DNA of 64,000 nucleotides, from the NCBI GenBank assembly GCA_902595635.1, contig CACJQT010000001.1, positions 74,438-138,437 of the forward strand. Direction: 5' to 3'. Position 1 is the first letter of the stretch. Each line of letters opens with the position of its first letter. Shown here in pieces: positions 58,676 to 64,000 of the stretch. The translations under genes and the position numbers were made by a program. Under the pieces are notes generated by a model. The model saw only the letters and a program-made list of their open reading frames with translations, had not been told where the DNA came from and ran no database searches. This DNA comes from an uncultured Pelagibacteraceae bacterium (lineage in GTDB: Bacteria; Pseudomonadota; Alphaproteobacteria; Pelagibacterales; Pelagibacteraceae).

Positions 58676-60208
58676 TTATGCTTCTGGGAAAATTATTTCA
58701 ATTCTTGCCCCTTTATCTTTATTATTAGATGCGTTGATTTCACCACCATGAATTTCAACTAAATTTTTGACAATATTTAATCCCAAACCCGAGTGTTCTC
58801 CAAAGTTTTCAGGTCTATTACTATAGAATCTATTAAATATCTTATTTGTATCCTTTTCACTAAATCCAGATCCCTGATCAACGACAACTAATTTAATTTT
58901 GTCATTTTTATCTTTTGATATTTCAACGGTAATTTCTTGGTTATTTTCACTAAAAGAAATTGAGTTTTCTAATAAGTTTGCAATAATTTGTTCAATTCTA
59001 TTTTCTATCCCTAAGATACTATAATTTTTAATTCCATTAGATTTCAATTTAATTCCAATCGATTTTTTTGTTTCATAGATACTGTTAAAATCGTCAACAA
59101 CAGATTGAGCAATGTCTTTTAAATTTAATTTTTGCATTTTCTCAGAGGAAATTGCAGCCTCATCTCTTAGCATTTGAGAGTAATCAGTTATTAATCTTTC
59201 AATTCTCTCTACGTCATGTGATACAATATTAATCAATTTGTTTCTTTGAGATTTATCATTTGTTTCAGAAATTATCTCAGAAGCACTTTTTAGAGATGCT
59301 AAAGGATTTCTGATTTCATGCAAAAGATCTGTTGAATAATTTTCTGCTGTAGTAATTCTTTTGTTTAATTCATTAGTCATTTCATCAAGAGAATTTGATA
59401 ATTTTCCCAATTCGTCATTTCTTTTTTTTATATTTCCGATATTGGTCTTTTCCTTACTTTTGTTTTTTATAATATTTGTATATTGAACCAAATTTTTAAT
59501 TGGTTTTAAGAAGTATCTATTTAATACATATGAAAAAATTAAAATTACTAATGCAACAAGCAAAGCAGTTCTGATTATAAAATTTCTTCTTTCATCTATT
59601 GCAACCTTTATTTCATTGGCATTTTCAGTAATAGCTAAATAGCCTATTGTTTTGTTTTCACTGACTACATTTTTAACAGTTACTAATAAAAATTGATCAT
59701 AGTTTTCTTTAGAGTAAGTTAACGGTTTTCCATAATCTGATGAATATGAGTACTTTTTTAAATCTTCAAATATTTCTTTACTTTCAAAGATTTTATTAAT
59801 CTCTTCCAAATTCTTATTTTGAATACTTTGATTATTTAAGTCACTCATTTCAATTATGTTTAGACTTCTTGAGAAAGCATTTGGATCTAAGTCTAATGTG
59901 TCGGTATCCCCTAATAGATTAAATTCGCTATCAAATATCTGTACTCTATCTATACTTTGAAATAAAAATTTTGTGGAAAATAAAAACTCTCTAATATCTT
60001 CAGTTGAGAAATTTATTTTTAAACGATCAATATTTTCTGTTGTATTATCAATAATTTTTATATGTGAGGCAGTTTTGTTTTTAATGAGCGTAGGTTTTAC
60101 CGTATTAAGATAAAATAATGTTAATACACCTATCACTAAAAAAACAATAAAGTTGATAACTAAGAATTTTTTTAAAATAGATTGATTATTAGATTTTGAA
60201 GTAGACAT
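58676..60208 (-). CDS. chvG: Sensor histidine kinase ChvG/ExoS-like
   Basis: Two TM helices, HAMP (R.DELG.L), H-box HEIRNPL, N-box NL.EN..SFS and RFYS.RP..FG.HSGLGL. Confidence 0.85.
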   Translation of the reverse strand: MSTSKSNNQSILKKFLVINFIVFLVIGVLTLFYLNTVKPTLIKNKTASHIKIIDNTTENIDRLKINFSTEDIREFLFSTKFLFQSIDRVQIFDSEFNLLGDTDTLDLDPNAFSRSLNIIEMSDLNNQSIQNKNLEEINKIFESKEIFEDLKKYSYSSDYGKPLTYSKENYDQFLLVTVKNVVSENKTIGYLAITENANEIKVAIDERRNFIIRTALLVALVILIFSYVLNRYFLKPIKNLVQYTNIIKNKSKEKTNIGNIKKRNDELGKLSNSLDEMTNELNKRITTAENYSTDLLHEIRNPLASLKSASEIISETNDKSQRNKLINIVSHDVERIERLITDYSQMLRDEAAISSEKMQKLNLKDIAQSVVDDFNSIYETKKSIGIKLKSNGIKNYSILGIENRIEQIIANLLENSISFSENNQEITVEISKDKNDKIKLVVVDQGSGFSEKDTNKIFNRFYSNRPENFGEHSGLGLNIVKNLVEIHGGEINASNNKDKGARIEIIFPEA

Positions 60209-60906
60209 TATTTAACATTCCAACGATAACCACTACCATATCTGGTTTCTATCGCTGAAAAGTTATTATCTACTTTTTTAAACTTTTTTCTAATCCTTTT
60301 TACGTGACTGTCTATTGTTCTATCTTCAATATCTGTGTCTTCTCTGTAAGCAACATCCATTAATTGAGATCTTTCTTTAATAATTCCAGGTCTTTTTGCT
60401 AATTCCTTTACAATTAAGAATTCTGTTGTTGTTAACTTATCTGGTAATTGCTTGCCATCCCATTCACACTCTAGCTGTGAAGGGTCAAGTTTTAATTTTC
60501 CATGTGAAATTATATTTCTATTATCCTCTAAATTATTTTCTTTTTTTCTAAGTTGGACACGAATTCTTTCAATAAGAACTTTAGTTGAAAAACCACCAGA
60601 TTTTTTTACAAAATCATCAGCCCCTAGTTTTAGTCCTAATAGCTCATCCACCTCTTCATCTTTTGAAGTTAAAAAGATAACGGGCATAGATGTTTTTTTT
60701 CTCAATTTTTTTAACAATTCTTCTCCATCCATTCTTGGCATTTTAATATCTATAACTGCAAGATCTGGGGGATTTCTTGACAAACCTATTAAGGCACTTT
60801 CTCCATCCAAATAAGTTTGAATTTTAAAACCCTCTTTCTCTAGAGCAATACTTAAACTAGTTAATATATTTCTATCATCATCAACAAGGGCAATTGTTTG
60901 TTTCAT
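60208..60906 (-). CDS. chvI: OmpR-family response regulator ChvI
   Basis: IALVDDDRNILTS, DIKMPRMDG, FLTSKD.E.DE, LT.TEF and DRTIDSH.KR.R.KF motifs. Confidence 0.92.
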   Translation of the reverse strand: MKQTIALVDDDRNILTSLSIALEKEGFKIQTYLDGESALIGLSRNPPDLAVIDIKMPRMDGEELLKKLRKKTSMPVIFLTSKDEEVDELLGLKLGADDFVKKSGGFSTKVLIERIRVQLRKKENNLEDNRNIISHGKLKLDPSQLECEWDGKQLPDKLTTTEFLIVKELAKRPGIIKERSQLMDVAYREDTDIEDRTIDSHVKRIRKKFKKVDNNFSAIETRYGSGYRWNVK

Positions 60907-60957
60907 GTTTAACTATAAAAATACTAAAATGTTTAAAATTGGGCAATTAAATGTTTA

Positions 60958-63723
60958 TTAATGAAGCTCTCCCCAGTTATCACCTATGTTTACATCTACC
61001 GATAATGGTATTGAAAATGAATGCAAATCACTATCTTTCACACTTGTCATAATATCTTTAATCTTTTTAGAAGCAGATTTAGTACCATTATCAATTACTT
61101 CAAAAATCAATTCATCGTGAATTTGAAGCAACATATTAAATTCATTTGATTTTTTAGTATCAAGCTCATCGTTGATTCTAATCATAGCAAGTCGCATTAT
61201 TTCAGATGCAGATCCTTGGATAGGTGCATTTATAGCTGCCCTTTCTTGAAAATTTCTAACATTAAAATTTTTGTCATTGATTCCTGGAATATGAGTTTTT
61301 CGACCAAAAATATTTCTTACATATCCACTTTTTCTACAGAATTTAATTGTTTTATTCATGTATTCTTTAATTTCTGGAAATTTAATAAAATATGAATTTA
61401 GAAATTCTTCGGCTTCATTGTTTGATACACCAATTTGTTTGGCCAAACCGTATTGAGATATTCCATAAATTATTCCAAAATTAATAGCTTTCGCTTTTCT
61501 CCTCATGTCAGCATCAATTTTTTTTATGTCTGCACCAAAAACCTGGCTAGCGGTTAATGAGTGAATATCCTCATTATTTTTAAAAGCTTTTTTTAGTTCT
61601 TTCACATCAGCTAGATCAGCCAAAATTCTCATTTCTATCTGATTATAGTCTGCTGATATAAGTTTTTTATTTTTTTCTGATATGAAGGCTTTACGAATAT
61701 CTTTGCCCTCCTCAGTTTTAATAGGAATATTTTGTAAATTTGGATCACTAGATGCAAGCCTACCTGTTGTAGTTGCTGCTAACAGAAAAGATGTATGCAC
61801 TCTTTTTGTATTGGGATTTAAATGCTCTGGCAAAGAATCTGAATATGTATTTTTCAATTTACTAGATTGCCTCCATTCTAAAACCAATTTAGGAAATTCA
61901 TTCCCTTTGTAAGCTAAATCCTCTAGAACTGCTGCACCAGTTGCAAAACTCCCTTTTTTAGTCTTTTTTAGCGATGCAATTTTGAGGTCATTATACATTA
62001 TTTCACCCAACTGTTTAGTGGATGCAATATTAAATTTTTTTTTTGAAATTTTAAAAATTTGTTTTTCTAAATCTTGAAGTTTTTTTTCAAACTTAACAGA
62101 TAATTTTTTCAGAAAATTATTATCTAATTTTATGCCATTGATTTCCATTGATGCTAAAATTTTAATTAAAGGTTTTTCGAAAATTTCATAAATATTTAGT
62201 AATTTTTCTGATTTAAGCGATTTCAAAAATATTTTATATAAACGGTAAGTTATATCAGCATCTTCTGCCGCATAATCTTTTGCAATATTCAACTCTACTT
62301 GACTGAATTTAATTTCTTTTTTTCCGGATCCAACAAGATCTTTATATTTAATTGTTTTATGACCAAGATGAATATCTGAAAGGGTATCCATATTATGTCT
62401 ATTTTTCCCAGCATCTAAAACGTATGACATCAACATGGTATCTTCCATGCTTTGAATATCTATATTCCTTTTACGAAATATTATGTAATCGAATTTAATA
62501 TTTTGCCCAATTTTTTTTAAACTTTTATCCTCTAAATATGGTTTTAAAATTCTCAAAACATCTTTTTCATTTAGATTATTTTTATCAATATGACCTGTTG
62601 GAATGTAACAAGCTTTACCAATTTTGCTAGAAATTGAGATACCAACTAAATTTGCCTGATGTGGGTCAAGAGAATCTGTTTCAGTATCAATAGAAAATTC
62701 ACCAGCTTCTTCGGCTTCTTGCATCCAATCTTTTATTTCAGATAAATTTTTTATCAAAACATATTTATCTTTTGATATTTTAGATGTTTCTTTTTTGACT
62801 TCTATTTCATCACTAAATTTGGATTGACCATACGTCGAAATTGCCGAACTCAATAACCTATTAAATTCCATTTCTCTCAAAAAATTGTATAATTTGTCTA
62901 CGTCTACTTTTTTTAGAATAAAGTCAGTTAATTTGTCTTTCACCGGAACATCATTTTTTAATGTGACAAGTTTTTTACTTACCAGAGCCTTATCTTTATT
63001 TTCTAAAAGTGTTTCTCTTCTTTTATTCTGTTTTATTTTATTTGCGTTTTTGAGAAGGTTTTCTAAATTTCCATATTCCTTAATTAATTCTGCTGCTGTT
63101 TTTACACCAATACCTGGAACGCCAGGTACATTGTCTGTACTATCCCCTGCTAGTGATTGAACATCAATTACTTTATCTGGACCAACCCCAAATTTATTGA
63201 TTACATCGTCATTTGATATAAATTTATTCTTCATTGGATCGTATATACGAACCTTTTTTTTGAAAAGTTGCATTAAATCTTTGTCAGATGATACAATTGT
63301 AACCTTTGCACCTTCGTCTAATATTTGCTCTACATAGGTAGCTATCAAATCATCAGCCTCGTAATTTAACATTTCTATAGAGGGTAAATTGAATGCTAAT
63401 ACTGACTTTCTAATATAATCGAATTGTGGAATTAGATCATCGGGAGCATCAGACCTATTTCCCTTATAATCTGAATATATTTCGTTTCGAAAATTCTTTC
63501 TTGCAGAGTCAAAGATTACTGCAAAATGAGTTGGTTTTTCTAAATTTTCGCTAGATTTAGAGTCCTCTAATAACTTAAACAGCATGTTACAAAATCCACT
63601 TACTGCTCCTACTGGCAAACCATCACTTTTTCGTGTTAATGGTGGCAATGCATAATAGGCTCTAAATATATATCCGGACCCATCAATAAGATAGAAATGA
63701 TCTGTTTTTTTAATTTTACCCAT
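60958..63723 (-). CDS. polA: DNA polymerase I
   Basis: 5'-3' exonuclease (LIDGS, EADD, GDSTDN.PGV.GIG.KTA), 3'-5' exonuclease (DTET), polymerase motifs (DYNQIE.R, AKAINFG..YG, QIHDEL). Confidence 0.98.
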   Translation of the reverse strand: MGKIKKTDHFYLIDGSGYIFRAYYALPPLTRKSDGLPVGAVSGFCNMLFKLLEDSKSSENLEKPTHFAVIFDSARKNFRNEIYSDYKGNRSDAPDDLIPQFDYIRKSVLAFNLPSIEMLNYEADDLIATYVEQILDEGAKVTIVSSDKDLMQLFKKKVRIYDPMKNKFISNDDVINKFGVGPDKVIDVQSLAGDSTDNVPGVPGIGVKTAAELIKEYGNLENLLKNANKIKQNKRRETLLENKDKALVSKKLVTLKNDVPVKDKLTDFILKKVDVDKLYNFLREMEFNRLLSSAISTYGQSKFSDEIEVKKETSKISKDKYVLIKNLSEIKDWMQEAEEAGEFSIDTETDSLDPHQANLVGISISSKIGKACYIPTGHIDKNNLNEKDVLRILKPYLEDKSLKKIGQNIKFDYIIFRKRNIDIQSMEDTMLMSYVLDAGKNRHNMDTLSDIHLGHKTIKYKDLVGSGKKEIKFSQVELNIAKDYAAEDADITYRLYKIFLKSLKSEKLLNIYEIFEKPLIKILASMEINGIKLDNNFLKKLSVKFEKKLQDLEKQIFKISKKKFNIASTKQLGEIMYNDLKIASLKKTKKGSFATGAAVLEDLAYKGNEFPKLVLEWRQSSKLKNTYSDSLPEHLNPNTKRVHTSFLLAATTTGRLASSDPNLQNIPIKTEEGKDIRKAFISEKNKKLISADYNQIEMRILADLADVKELKKAFKNNEDIHSLTASQVFGADIKKIDADMRRKAKAINFGIIYGISQYGLAKQIGVSNNEAEEFLNSYFIKFPEIKEYMNKTIKFCRKSGYVRNIFGRKTHIPGINDKNFNVRNFQERAAINAPIQGSASEIMRLAMIRINDELDTKKSNEFNMLLQIHDELIFEVIDNGTKSASKKIKDIMTSVKDSDLHSFSIPLSVDVNIGDNWGELH

Positions 63724-63823
63724 AATTTAATTTATAATAAATTGACGTATTATAGTAAGAATAAAACATCCTGTTAATAAATATTAGTGGATTAAACTTT
63801 ATTAAAATAGTAATTTAAAGCTA

Positions 63824-64000
63824 ATGGAATTAGTAAATTCAATTTCTAATAATAAAATAATTAAAATCATAATATTTGCATTAATAGGTTCTATTTTATT
63901 GACAATATCTGCAAAAATTAAAATACCTTTTTATCCAGTTCCTATGACTATGCAAACATTTATAGTTTTGTTTTTAGGAATTTCCTTTGGATATAAAGTC
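63824..64000 (+). CDS. bioY: Biotin transporter BioY, 5' part (runs off the window end)
   Basis: Manual translation: MELVNSISNNKIIKIIIFALIGSILLTISAKIKIPFYPVPMTMQTFIVLFLG, with the BioY P.PVP.T.QT motif. Confidence 0.85.
   Translation, partial: MELVNSISNNKIIKIIIFALIGSILLTISAKIKIPFYPVPMTMQTFIVLFLGISFGYKV

Overview
Very AT-rich, gene-dense alphaproteobacterial chromosome segment. Tiny spacers, many overlapping start/stop codons, gene content and protein sequences all point to Pelagibacterales (SAR11). It is almost all core genome: coxB (partial), rsmE, ubiA-msbA-waaA-lpxK-lpxL, purD-rsmD, pgi, HAD-ribF-ileS-lspA, groES-groEL, typA, tldD-pmbA, djlA, aceA with a divergent RamB/ScfR-family regulator, cfa, ptrB, hsp20, a BMP-type purine/nucleoside ABC transporter with a PRTase, msrA-sseA-RND pump, ATP synthase zeta inhibitor, gpmA, polA-chvI-chvG-ahcY-tsaE-amgK-murU, and bioY (partial). 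I saw no rRNA, tRNA, CRISPR, IS or prophage. The signals most worth following up are: (1) an unlisted 53-aa, apparently leaderless ORF just upstream of aceA, next to a symmetric array of TTTACAAA/TTTGTAAA boxes shared with the RamB-like regulator; (2) a ROSE-like RNA thermometer behind a sigma32-type promoter at hsp20; (3) an RND adaptor protein with no alpha-helical hairpin; (4) an in-frame TAA at codon 7 of lpxL; (5) very short divergent spacers implying bidirectional, leaderless promoters. All calls come from reading the sequence and recognising motifs; no searches were run.
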